Below the pieces are notes generated by a model that saw only the letters and a program-made list of their open reading frames with translations, was not told the origin of the DNA and ran no database searches. This document shows positions 12,131 to 29,200 of a stretch of DNA of 64,000 nucleotides, piece by piece (within the stretch, counting starts at the first letter, position 1; each line of letters starts with the position of its first letter). This stretch comes from the human T2T-CHM13v2.0 reference genome, Homo sapiens: the NCBI RefSeq assembly GCF_009914755.1, contig NC_060936.1; one strand, given 5' to 3'. The translations under genes were made by a program, and so were the position numbers.

Positions 12131-14889
12131 GTGATGGCACAACTCCAACATCAAATCAGTAGAAAGCAAGTTTCCAGGGGACAATAGGAATCAGTCTAGG
12201 TACACAGATTTCTGCTGCTCTAGCTTAATCCAGGCATCATTTTGGGTTGTCTAGAGGAGTGTTTAAACTGCATGGCCTCCACACAACAATATTCCCCCTC
12301 CATGAATATTGTGGAGCTCCCCTGAGCTTTTGAGAGATAATGCATACAAGCAGTGAGTTTAATGTTGTACTCCCCAACAACAACAAAAAATAACCAAAGT
12401 ACAGTTATTTTATTCTGTTAATTCAATAAAAATCCTCATGCTTGGGCAGGCAGTTGAGCTAGGAATAGAGTTAACATTCTTAGGTGAAAATTGAAAAGCC
12501 TGACAAGCACGGAAAGGTGATTTCACCTCCACTTGGCCGTGAGCTACGGAAGCATTTTGGGGCAGGAATAAAATTCTCCTTTGAAATGAATACTGAATCT
12601 TCTCTATTGCATAAATGCATGCCCTTAAGTTAAAATATTCCACAACAAAAAATTGGGTCACCACAATTTTTAGCCTGGAAAAACTAGAAACTGAAGAAAA
12701 GGCAGTGGTTACCCCAAAAAAATCAATCACAATAAAACACCTATGGAAAAATTAACTCTGCTACTTTTAAGTATACCTGCTATGATAAACTATTTGAGCA
12801 ATTACCAAAAAAGTAACTGAATAATTGCCCACAACTGGCATCTCATTAAAATGAGAGACTTCCGTATATCCATCATCTATTCTATAACTAAAATAATCAT
12901 CCACTAGTTTATAATGCTGACTTGTTTCTAATGGACTGGGCCTAACAGTTGCCGTCAATAATCTTGACTTAGAAGTTCCAGTATAGCAGCTGTCTCTCAG
13001 CAAATAACCTTTGGAAGTCATTTAACAAATAAATATTCCCACTTCCTGAGTGATCTAATCAGCAGTCATATGGATTTTCTTTTCCAGTTAAGTTCTAGTT
13101 GTCAATTGTAATTTCTAAAAGAAACTAGAAGGAAGTTAGAAACAAAGATGGTAATTATCCAGCCAGTTTGGGTTTTGTATATGGTGGCATGCTCTTCAGA
13201 TGTGTTCCATAATATTTACTATTCCATTGACAAAATTTCCAGATGATTTCTAACATTCTTTTTTTAGGTTCTACCGTATAGACAGCCATAAGTAAACCTG
13301 AAATAAAGACATTCTATGTTGTCAGACCTGCAAAGCCTACTCTTCAGTGGTAGTGACAATTGTCACCTGGATTCAGAAAGAGATCAGTAGAGGTATAGTC
13401 AGTTTTATTTTTTAAAACCATTATTTTCTCCATCCTTACTAGAGGAATTGGTTGAAGTCTCTACAGAGTGAGATTAAGAAAATTACGCTGAAGAGACTTT
13501 CCTGTGTATAAGTTGTACTTTTCCAGGGAGACACTGACTCTTACTTACAAGGCATCTCTGGCTTTTACCTTAAAAAGCTGGGTCCCTGACGTATTTCAGA
13601 GAGCTTCTGAGCCGTAGCAATGGCCCCAGAAGCTTTCCAGCTCTGAAGAGCCTTGTTTGTGTTTCTTCATCATCTTATTCACCAGCTAATTTCCAACTCT
13701 CTGTTTCATTTTATGCAGTGTCGATCCAGTGCAGGACGGACAGAATAGCTGGGTGCCCTCGGAACCACTCAATGAGGCCACACAGCAAGGCATTATGTTT
13801 CCCTTCCCTTTGACTCCTTCTCGGTCCCCTACCTGCTTCATAGCTACCTAAATTCCATTACATGCCATCTGGCTATTTGCCACCGCCGCTTTAGTCATTA
13901 AACAGAAGGGAAAGAGCACCCTTGGCTGCACAATGAAGTTATCCATTTCCTCAGTTCAGCACACAGGCAGGCTTTTCTTCCTTCTGAATACCTAGTTTTA
14001 TCTGTGACTAAGAGGTCTGAAATTTTACTACTCAACCCACTAACTTTTGCATTGCATCAAAGGGAAGGTCAGTAATCTTCTTGACAGAAGATTTAAAACA
14101 TAAGGAGCTTAGCATTCGGGTCTAGGAACTTAACCCTGGTGCCCTCCCAGTGCGCTGCTAATGGAGCTCGATTTCAGTTTCCAGCTGGCTTTTCAAAAAA
14201 GCTGATGAGGCCAGAACGGCTCCTCCACTCTCCCCCTCCCACCCCACCCCGCTGTGACTAGGCCTTTTACACACCTCCAAACAAGACAAACGAGCAAGCT
14301 CTTCCTGGTGAAATGCAGGACTGCAGCAGGCATCCCAGCTCAGTTTTGTGAACTCTTGAATCAGAGTAATTTCCAAATACATCACTGTCAGTACACACTT
14401 TGAGCCTGCCATCAAGGAGCCCAGAAATTGGATTGCCACCTTATTCCTTTCTAAAGGTGAAACAAGCCCTTTAAAAAAAATGAGTATATTTTATTATATT
14501 GTTTCACATGAATAAATGAATTATATGTAAGCATTTTTCACACTTTAAAGAACATAATGTTTCTGTTTCTAAAATGTACATGCATACATTTGTTTAAAAA
14601 TAGCTGCCTTCATTATCATAATGATTTTTTCCTCCTGTGTTCAAGAGCTCAGGGAATTAGTGGTAAATGTAAATGTAATCAAGGGCACCACCATGCTTTT
14701 AATTTGGCAAATAAAAACCATTTATATCTCCCATCATTGTGGCAGGATGAGTCAGTTCTATTACCAAAAGAAGCTTAGAAGTAATGTGATTTCCATCTGA
14801 CTTTTTTTTTCATGTTTATGTCTTGGCTGACTAAAAATCTTGCTCTTAATTTCACATGTTGGAGTATAGTTATGAGGAAATGAAATATT

Positions 14890-15130
14890 ATTGGTACTAA
14901 CTTTCTGGGAGACAGTCTGGCAAAATACATCAAAAACATAAAAATGTGACTATCCTTTGACCCAGAAACCCCACTTCTTTAAATTTACCCTAATACAGTG
15001 GTACTCATGGGAAAAGATGCATGTTCACTGTGTGGCTCTTTACAAAGCACAAAAAAAAAAAAAAAAGAAAATATCTTAAACATCTAATAAAAGGCAACTC
15101 GTTGAATATATTATGGTATGCAAATAAAAT
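14890..15130 (+). mobile_element. L1ME fragment
   Basis: CTTTCTGGGAGACAGTCTGGCAAAATAC...TCCTTTGACCCAGAAACCCCACTT matches the ORF2 3' region. Confidence 0.65.
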
Positions 15131-15329
15131 TTAAAACTACTATTTAGGGTGGTGTGTGGAGACACAGGAGGAGAAAAATTAAAAAATAAAAAACAAGACA
15201 ACTATTTATAATAATTGTGTGACTAGGATATTTGAAATATTGTTAAATATGAGTATATAGAATTTATAAAAAAAATTATTCATTCAACAAAGATTCATCC
15301 AATACTAAGTGACAAATATTACTCTATAG

Positions 15330-15902
<573 letters not shown>

Positions 15903-16712
15903 TTCTGGACAAGTGAAATATACAAGTGAAACAAAACATGCAAAAAGCTCTGACTCGATGGATCTTACATTCTATAGCTATCTATGTATCTGTGTGCATA
16001 TACGAATAATATGACTAAATGGATGTTCACTGATCATTGATTAAGCAAATCTCTGGAGATTGTGCCAGACACTATGCTGTAATTGGTTAGTGATTCAGTG
16101 GTTAAACAAAAGAGACTTGGTCCCTGCCCTCAGAAAGCTCATGATATGATAAAGAAAACAGACAAGAAAGTAAATAAAAAGAATAAAGTTTGTTAAAATT
16201 GATAAGAAATAGAATTATTAACATGGTTATCTCTGGATACTGAAATATTTAATGAGTGCATCTTTATTCTTTTTTACTGTATCTATTGTTTGATGTTTTT
16301 ATAATAAGTATGTATTACCATTTGAAACAATGACATTAGTCTCAAAAAGTTGTCAGCAATGAAAAGGATAAAAGCTTAATTTGTATTTTCTTTTGAACAA
16401 GTAATCCTGATGAATATAGAACAGTAGATGATCTCTATATTTTTTATTGTAATTTGTTTTCTCTTTGAAACTATCTAGAATAAAAAGTCTTACTCTTCTC
16501 TAAATAAATAACAAAACTCCTTTCTTTGGTATATGGATGAGGGTCTTAGGGACTGAAGAACTCTCATTCTTCTCCATTCACTTACTAATTTCAACTATAA
16601 AACAAAGTGCTTAAGGAAGTATAGGAGAACAGTTATCCCAAAGGTTGGTAACACTTTGAGGTTACTGCCCCCTCTAAAAAATTTTTTTTTGTTTTTATTT
16701 TGAAAGGGAAGT

Positions 16713-17295
16713 CTGCAGTGTAAAATGGGGTTTTACCCAAAGAGAGGTCTGGCCCTTGCCCTCAGCTTCTGGGAAGTCATCTGTGTCATACCCAGTGGCC
16801 ACACCTAACAGTCTTAGTTTGGAGGCTGGCCATGCCAACAAGACCAACCACGTGATTTAAGGGGCAGCATTGGGTCATATTGTGTCAGTCCACCTGGTGA
16901 CTGACTTCAACCACATGGGCTCATGTGAGCTTCCCTGGTTGGCAATACTCCATGTATATTGACACACATTGATACTAGGCGGGCAATACATGCTGAGGAC
17001 AACAAAACCTTCATGATTGGAACCCCCAAACTCTGCCCTATAGGTCTCTTTCTTTGGCTGATTTTAACCTGTATCCTTTCCTGTAATAAACCATAACCAC
17101 GAGTATTGTCAGTTTCAGTGAGTGCTGTGAGACTTTCTAGTGAATTATGGAATCAGGGGATGGTTTAGGGAACCCCCTAAACTTGCAGTTGGCATCAGAT
17201 GTGAGGGTGGTCCTGTGGAGAACTCAGACCTTCCAGTTTGACTAACTCCCTATCGGGAGCATTAGGAGGACACAGAAGAGAACTTGTTGGTGTAA
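16713..17295 (+). mobile_element. MER21-type LTR
   Basis: GAGAGGTCTGGCCCTTGCCCTCAGCTTCTGGGA...GAGCTTCCCTGGTTGGCAATACT...AATAAACCATAACC...GGGAACCCCC motifs. Confidence 0.75.
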
Positions 17296-18664
17296 CTTCT
17301 GCTCTCCATTTGCCGGGAGACTTTATGCTTCTTTCATCCACTGCTTCCTCTGAATTTCAAATATCATTCATCATGTTTTGCAGAAGGAATAACTATATAG
17401 AACTTGCAGATTTTACAAATATGTACAAATGTCCTAAAGAAAGGTATATCTTTAGGGCACATTTACAAATATTTTCATACTTTACATGTAACTATGCCTT
17501 AGAAAAATTTATATGCAATCTTCTTCTAAGATATCAGAAGCAAATAAGGATACAAAACTCAAGTCAGTGCATTTCCTTAATGTAAAGAATGCAAATTTTG
17601 CCAAAATATCGGGCTAACAGGTCTTTTTTGTGAGTCAGAAAAAACTGTGTTTCATTTATTTTGATTTGTTCCTTTAAAAAAAGTTTTCTAGAACCTCGGG
17701 ATTTATATACATTCCTTTTTATTCTTCAAGAGACACAAAGACTACATCTTTGTGAAAGTTTAAATGTGTGTTCATGTTTGCCTTCTCAATGATGGACATC
17801 CTGAGTACAGTCAGTAACTTCCACTGAACGTTTCTTGGGGGCAACCTTGGGCTTTTCATAATGGCAGTCTCTAGTCCATTCATCTTTTAGGTATGAAAAC
17901 CTGAGACAATCCTTAAAGCTTAAACTATCATCTCCTTAGAAATTACCCTAGTGGCTCTGCCAGTCAGATGTGGGTGTATCACAAATCCTAGGTCACCCAG
18001 CCCATAATTTCTTTAATATCAAAAAATAAACCAGGAAAATTAACATTGTGAACCTCCATCAATAATTTAGGCTGGAATGCAAAAGTATTTCAACTGCATA
18101 AGTCATCTGTTATTCACTTTAAAGGCCTGAATGCAGGATAGACTTCACCTCTAAAAACTGAGTCTAGTTCTGAGCTTGTCCTTGACGCCAAGTTCCAGGG
18201 CCTCGCACTTGAAAAGATCAGGTGCAATTCAATTATGAAGTCGTATCTGACTTTTTGAAGTGTAAATCTACTGCACTTGAAAATGGCAAGTGTAAAATCC
18301 ATTCTTAAAAAGCACTTGACATTTTCACATACAGCTTTACAGCCATGGAAATATGAGGCGGCTCACAAGAGATGGCCAAGAGTAGCTTAAAAAAAAAAAG
18401 AGAGAAGGAAAAAAGAAAAAAGGTTTTAATGCTTGGTCAAGAGCAGAAATCTGATTTTTAGCTCTTTGTTTTGACTAGGAAATTAGAACTTTTTTTAAAG
18501 CTCTGCTTTGTAAAACTCATCTCTATGAGCTGATTTTTTTTCTAGTAATGTTTAACTTCCGGTTTATATGCCTGATAGTGCATGCCTTTTCTCTTCATGA
18601 GGACTTTGTAGCTTATCTCACTGTCTTTATTCTGTACTTACAGGCTGAAGTCATCATATACATA

Positions 18665-18995
18665 AGGGGTTAGCAAACTTTGTCTGAAAAAGACCAGACA
18701 GTAAATATTTTTGGTTTTGTGGGCCATATGGTCTCCGTCAACTCTGCTGTTGTATCATGAAAGCAGCCATAGACGATATGTAAACAAATGAGCTTGGCTG
18801 TCTTTCAATAAAACTTTATCTGTGAACACAGAAATTTAAGTTTTATATAATGCTCATGTGCCATAAAATATTACTATTCTTTTGATTGTTCTTCAACCAT
18901 TTTTTTAAAAAATAAAAGCCATTCTTGGTTGGCGGGCTTTATAAAAACTGTCAGTGGGCTGGATTTGATGCCCAGGCCACAGTTTGCCAACTCTG
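18665..18995. mobile_element. MER58B MITE
   Basis: AGGGGTTAGCAAACTTT...CAGTTTGCCAACTCTG TIRs and the MER58B internal AT-rich extension. Confidence 0.8.
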
Positions 18996-19285
18996 ATACA
19001 GATGGCAAAAATAATTTGACAAAATAAAGCATAAATGACAATGTATATGTTCTGAAGTTTTTATTTTTTTATTTTATTATTATTATACTTTAAGTTTTAG
19101 GGTACATGTGCACAATGTGCAGGTTAGTTATATATGTATACATGTGCCATGCTGGTGTGCTGCACCCATTAACTCGTCATTTAGCATTAGATGTATCTCC
19201 TAATGCTATCCCTCCCCACTCTCCCACCCCACAACAGTCCCCAGAGTGTGATGTTCCCCTTCCTGTGTCCATGTGTTCCCATTGT

Positions 19286-23141
<3,856 letters not shown>

Positions 23142-23177
23142 TTAGTTGATGCAGTTTCTTCCTAGTCTCGATGGTCT

Positions 23178-24205
23178 TTACATTTTGGCATTATTTTGCA
23201 GCAGCTGGTACCGGTTGTTCCTTTCCATGTTTAGTGCTTCCTTCAGGAGCTCTTTTAGGGCAGGCCTGGTGGTGACAAAATCTCTCAGCATTTGCCTGTC
23301 TGTAAAGTATTTTATTTCTCCTTCAGTTATGAAGCTTAGTTTGGCTGGATATGAAATTCTGGGTTGAAAATTCTTTTCTTTAAGAATGTTGAATATTGGC
23401 CCCCACTCTCTTCTGGCTTGTAGAGTTTCTGCTGAGAGATCCACTGTTAGTCTGATGGGCTTCCCTTTGTGGGTAACCCGACCTTTCTCTCTGGCTGCCC
23501 TTAACATTTTTTCCTTCATTTCAACTTTGGTGAATCTGACAATTATGTGTCTTGGAGTTGCTCTTCTCGAGGAGTATCTTTGTGGCGTTCTCTGTATTTC
23601 CTGAATCTGAATGTTGGCCTGCCTTGCTAGATTGGGGAAGTTCTCCTGGATAACATCCTGCAGAGTGTTTTCCAACTTGGTTGGAAAACTTGGTCTCCCC
23701 GTCACTTTCAGGTACATCAATCAGACGTAGATTTGGTCTTTTCACATAGTCCCATATTTCTTGGAGGCTTTGTTTGTTTCTTTTTATTCTTTTTTCTCTA
23801 AACTTCCCTTCTCACTTCATTTCATTCATTTGATCTTCCATCACTGATACCCTTTCTTCCAGTTGATCGCATCGGCTCCTGAGGCTTCTGCATTCTTCAC
23901 GTAGTTCTCAAGCCTTGGCTTTCAGCTCCATCAGCTCCTTTAAGCACTTCTCTGTATTGGTTATTCTAGTTACACATTCGTCTAAATTTTTTTTCAAAGT
24001 TTTCAACTTCTTTGCCTTTGGTTTGAATTTCCGCCCATAGCTCGGAGTAGTTTGATCATCTGAAGCCTTCTTCTCTCAACTCGTCAAAGTCATTCTCCAT
24101 CCAGCTTTGTTCCATTGCTGGTGAGGAACTGCGTTCCTTTGGAGGAGGAGAGGTGCTCTGATTTTTAGAGTTTCCAGTTTTTCTGCTCTGTTTTTTTTTT
24201 CCCAT
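23178..24205 (-). pseudogene. L1 ORF1p, disrupted
   Basis: ATG at 24205; C-terminal part matches ORF1p (KLENTLQD...REKG...ERNNRYQ); apparent +1 slip near 23990 and +7 templated lesion near 23680. Confidence 0.92.
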
Positions 24206-24787
24206 CTTTATGTTTTTAGCTACCTTTGGTCTTTTATGATGGTGACATACAGATGGGTTTTTGGTGTGGATGCCCTTTCTGTTTGTTAGTTTTCCTTCTA
24301 CCAGACAGGACCCTCAGCTGCAGGTCTGTTGGAGTTTGCTAGAAGTCCACTCCAGACCCTGTTTGCCTGGGTACCAGCAGCGGTGGCTGCAGAACAGTGG
24401 ATTTTCATGAACCGCGAATGCTGCTGTCTGATCGTTCCTCTGGAAGTTTTGTCTCAGAGGAGTACCCGGCCGTGTGAGGTGTCAGTCTGCCCCTACTGGG
24501 GGTGCCTCCCAGTTAGGCTGCTCGGGGTTCAGGGGTCAAGGACCCACTTGAGGAGGCAGTCTGCCCGTTCTCAGATCTCCAGCTGCATACTGGGAGAAAC
24601 ACTGCTCTCTTCAAAGCTGTCAGACAGGGACATTTAAGTCTGCAGAGGTTACTGCTGTCTTTTTGTTTGTCTGTGCCCTGCCCCCAGAGGTGGAGCCTAA
24701 AGAGGCAGGCAGGCCTTCTTGAGCTGTGGTGGGCTCCACCAAGTTCGAGCTTCCCGGCTGCTTTGTTTACCTAAGCGAGCCTCGGCA

Positions 24788-25252
24788 ATGGCGGGCGCCC
24801 CTTCCCCAGCCTCACTGCCGCCTTGCAGTTTGATCTCAGACTGCTGTGCTAGCAATCAGCGAGACTCCGTGGGCGTAGGACCCTCCAAGCCAGGTGCGGG
24901 ATATAATCTCCTGGTGCGCTGTTTTTTAAGCCCATCCGAAAAGCGCAGTATTGGGGTGGGAGTGACCCGATTTTCCAGGTGCTGTCTGTCACCCCTTTCT
25001 TTGACTAGGAAAGGGAACTCCCTGACCCCTTGCGCTTCCCGAGTGAGGCAATGCCTCACCCTGCTTCGGCTCGCACACGGTGCGCTGCACCCACTGTCCT
25101 GTGCCCACTGTCTGGCACTCCCTAGTGAGATGAACCTGGTACCTCAGATGGAAATGCAGAAATCACCCATCTTCTGCGTCGCTCACGCTGGGAGCTGTAG
25201 ACCGGAGCTATTCCTATTTGGCCATCTTGGCTGCCCTCCCCCCATGTTCTGA
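24788..25252 (+). CDS. L1 antisense ORF0, C-terminally extended (154 aa)
   Basis: GCAATGG Kozak context; MAGAPSPASLPPCSLISDCCASNQRDSVGVGPS matches the ORF0 N-terminus; frame stays open to a TGA inside the TSD. Expression not shown. Confidence 0.55.
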   Translation: MAGAPSPASLPPCSLISDCCASNQRDSVGVGPSKPGAGYNLLVRCFLSPSEKRSIGVGVTRFSRCCLSPLSLTRKGNSLTPCASRVRQCLTLLRLAHGALHPLSCAHCLALPSEMNLVPQMEMQKSPIFCVAHAGSCRPELFLFGHLGCPPPMF

Positions 25253-25429
25253 AGTTTTACACAATTCTGTGAAAAGGATCTACTGGGGATCCTCAATATC
25301 TCTGAGCACCAATAAGCCAACAAGTCCGCTTGATCCTATCAGTGGTTCAACAGGAAGTCAGAGAATCAGTGCTCCAGTCTTCCCTGATGCTCACTGGGCT
25401 GCAGCACCTCCACCCAGGAGATGCAGCCT

Positions 25430-25905
25430 CATCCAAGATCCATACACCAGCAGCATCAGCATCATCTGAGAGAGAGTTAAAAATGCAAGAAAATCAGCCT
25501 CTGTCCCCAAACTTTCAGAATCACAATCCACATTTTAGTGAAAGAAGCCAGAATATGAAAGGTCAAGTACTGTATGGCTTTATTTATCTGAAGCATCAAG
25601 ACCAGGCAAATCCATGGCAACAGAAAGCAGACGGGTGGTGGTCAGGAGCTGAGGGCAAGGGAGGAATGAGGAGTGACTGCTTGATGGATGCAGAGATTCC
25701 TTGAAGGAAAAAATGTCTTGGAACTAAATAGAGGTGATGGTTGCACAACACTGTAAATATATTAAATGCCACTGAGTTGTGCACTTTAAAATGGTTAATG
25801 ATTAATTTTATGTTATGTGAATTTTACCTCCATAAAAAAATACCAAAAAAATCTATACCTTAAGATCCGCAGGTGATTCATACGCACATTGAAGTTTGAG
25901 AAGCA
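25430..25905. mobile_element. MER5A split by an L1MB 3' fragment (~25537-25850, +)
   Basis: CCAGCAGCATCAGCATCA...AATCCACATTT[L1MB]...CAGGTGATTCATACGCACATTGAAGTTTGAGAAGCA. Confidence 0.75.
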
Positions 25906-28091
25906 ATCTCCCTACTAGATAAAGTATCAGGGATTTTCAGTCTGGCTTACAGAAACACTGATTTTCACTATAAAGTAGCAAAACTCCACTCATTGATACT
26001 AAAGCATCTAGTATTACAACATTAATGATAATCTAAAATATTGTGGAGACATTGTCTTAAATTTTTGGCATAGAAAATGTTAAAATTGCCTCACTTTTTA
26101 CACTCTTTTTTCCCAAATTTTTCTACATATTCAATAGGGAAATTGCTAACGACAATAAGCCATCAATTGTGCTTCATTCATTAAATTTGAGTTTGTGCAA
26201 TTTGTTCGTTGTTCTGAAAACTGTTCCCTAGCACCACCTATTTCTTCCTATTGCTTATTCAACTATAACATTCTTTGAATTTTTTTAGCTTTCACAGATT
26301 AACTCTCCAGAAGACATGTTACCCTGCTTGATATTCAGTATATATTTTCTGGTGACAGCTTTATGGTACAATTAAATTTCATACATTTTTTTCAGCCTTC
26401 CCTGAATATGCATTAGAAAGCCAACCATCATAATTCTAAGCCAATTGGCTTGATTTGCTTATTTAAGCCCACATCTAACAGGCCTGCTATATTTCCATAC
26501 ATTCCATCCCCATCTGCACTCCATCCACCTGCCCAAAGTTATTGATCATGCTGACAGTGAAGGAAACCACAGGGCCTTGACAGTCAAAATATAATTTCCA
26601 TTAGAAAGCCCTTTAAAAAGTACTCAGGACTTTAAGATGCCAAACGGTATAGTGATGTCAGTTTAAACCAGGTCACAGAAGAAGCTGAAAATTGATTATC
26701 AACAGCAGACTGGACCTGCGCATTTCAAAAGTGTTATCAGCATTTAGAATAAGAAATTGTTAACACAACTTGGCATATGAGAAAAAAAACCCTGATGTTT
26801 AGATGGACTGAGTAACTTAATAAGGCTCATTTGGATGCAAAAATAAATGAGCATCAAGTTAACATTAACTTTTAATGCTTGCCATTTTATGTTAATTCAT
26901 ATTTTTAAATTATGGCTGATACTTTGCAATCAGTCTATGGCTAATTATATCTCCCACATGTAAATCTGATGGAGTGCTGGGACCAAAGAACAACAAAAAA
27001 TATCCAACAAAGACTTTATAGATTCAGAACTGTCGCGTGCCTCTGTTAACTGGGAAAATCCAGCCTGCACAGAAAACCTCAAGCTCTGAACTTCAGTCAC
27101 CATTGTTTTCCAAAGATCAAAGCTTAGCTTGCTTAACCATGAAAACCATATTGATGTATCCTGTTTGCAGATGTTTTTCCTGATGTTTTTCCTTGTAACT
27201 GATAGCTCTATCCTAAGACACAAGATTTAGGTGCTGAGTAGATGCAGACTGGACTTGTAGGAAATCTCCAAGCTAAAAATCATCTAAATAAAAAGGAATC
27301 AGGAGTCAAATACATTCTTTCACCTAAGAGTCTACATGCTTTTCAACTCCAGACACAAGGATTCTTCCAGTAACAAAAAGGATATCCAGATCCAGTTCTT
27401 TTCGTGAGGATGTATTCTAATGTACAGTCTTATCAGAAGCTTAGATTTTAGGAAAACAAAAAATAACAACTACCATTTAAAGAGAGTCTACCCTGAGCCA
27501 GCCACTTTGTAAATGCTGTTTTTCTTATTCTTCACAATAACCCCTCATGAGAAAACTGAAAGTCATCTGATCAAAGTTACAAAGCTAGTAAATGATCAAA
27601 GGAGAGTTTTCTAATTTAGGAGTTAAGTAGGTCTGGGTTGTTCAAATCCAGATGCATATAACAAATATTTATGTGTTCACTAATCACTACTGTAAGAATC
27701 CAACTTCTGTGTTCCATGAATGAAGACACTAAGGTCCAGAGAGGTTAAGCAACTTGTCTGAGTTTACACAGCCAAACTAGTGCCAAATCCGGGACCAGAG
27801 CCCAGATCTTCTCTCTGCTCAGCCATCATTTGTCCTCCACCTCAGGGCACAGATCTTTAAAGTACATGTGAGTCACTTGGGGATCTAGTTACAATGTAGG
27901 TTCTGATTCAATAGGCCTGGGAGGGGCCTGAAATTCTGAATTTCTACCAAACAAATAAAGTGACTATAGGGCCCAGGACCAATGCTGCACACCACACTCC
28001 CATCATCACTGGTAGAAATCAGAGACCTGGAGATGTGTTTCAGGATTTCAATTGGGAGAAATGATTGTGTAAAATAATGTTTATGCACCAC

Positions 28092-28215
28092 TAGAGTGAC
28101 AAACTCCTCCCAATTTGCCTGGAATTTTTCCCAGTTTTAGCATTGAAAGTCCCACCTCCCGGGAAATCCCTCAATCCCTCAATCCCTGGCTAACTGGGAT
28201 AGTCAATCACTGTAT
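28092..28215 (-). mobile_element. MER81-like MITE
   Basis: TAGAGTGACAAAC...TTTTAGCATTGAAAGTCCCAC...; internal 8-bp tandem duplication AATCCCTC. Confidence 0.65.
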
Positions 28216-28334
28216 CCTCAATTGCTTTACATGCCATGTGTTAGTTAACACAGCATTAAATGTGGAAGAAAATATGCAACATGAGTTAGGAAGAGAGGAG
28301 GCAAAGAGTGAGAGGGCTTAAGAGACCGAAGGCA

Positions 28335-29200
28335 AGGTCGGCTGCATGAGTGTACATTGGTACAATTGCGCAGAGACCTGAACTCAGAAGGGCTCAAGGC
28401 TCCTTTAATGCTCTGCTACTGCTGTCTTGAAATTTGTAATGCTTTCATTGAGATATAATTTACATACCATAAAAATCACCCTTTAAAGTGTGCAATTCGT
28501 CTTTTTTTTACATATATTCACAAGGTTGTGCAACTATCACCACTATCTTATTTCAGAACCTTTTCATCACTCCAGATGGAAATCTTGCACCCATTAGCAG
28601 TCACTCCCCACTCCCCCATTCCCCCCAGACCCTGGAAACCGCTCATCTATTTTAGGCCTCTATAGATTTGCCAATTTGGGGGCATTTCACATAAAGGTAA
28701 TCTCACAATATGTGGCCATTTGTATCTGGTTTCTGTCACTTAGCATAACGTTTTCAGGCGTCAAATGCCTTGTAGCATGTATCAGCATTTCATCATTACC
28801 TTTTGTTGCTGAATAATATTCCATTGTATGGATAAAATGTATAAAATATCCCGTTGCATAGCTATACTACATTGTGTTTGTTCATTCATCAGTTAATGGA
28901 CATGAGGTTGTTTGTACTTTTTGGCTATTATAAATAATGATGTTATGAACATCCATGTATAGGTTTTTGTGTAAACATGTTTTCAATTCTCTCAGGTCTA
29001 TACCTAGGAGTAGAATTGCTGGATCATATGGTAACTCAGTTTAAATTTTAAGGAACTGCCAGATTCTTTTCCAAAGTGGCCACATCATTTTGCATTCCAA
29101 CGAGCACTGTATGAGGGCATGAAATTCTTAATAATCTTTGAACAAGGGGCCCCTCATTTTTCATTTAACCCTGGACCCAGCAAGTTAGGTAGCTGAGCTA
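28335..29200. mobile_element. MER91A MITE split by L1MB (28445-29118, -)
   Basis: TTTAATGCTCTGCTACTGCTGTCTTGAAAT...[L1MB]...TTTGAACAAGGGGCCC; degenerate TSD TGAAATTTGTAAT/TGAAATTCTTAAT. Confidence 0.8.
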
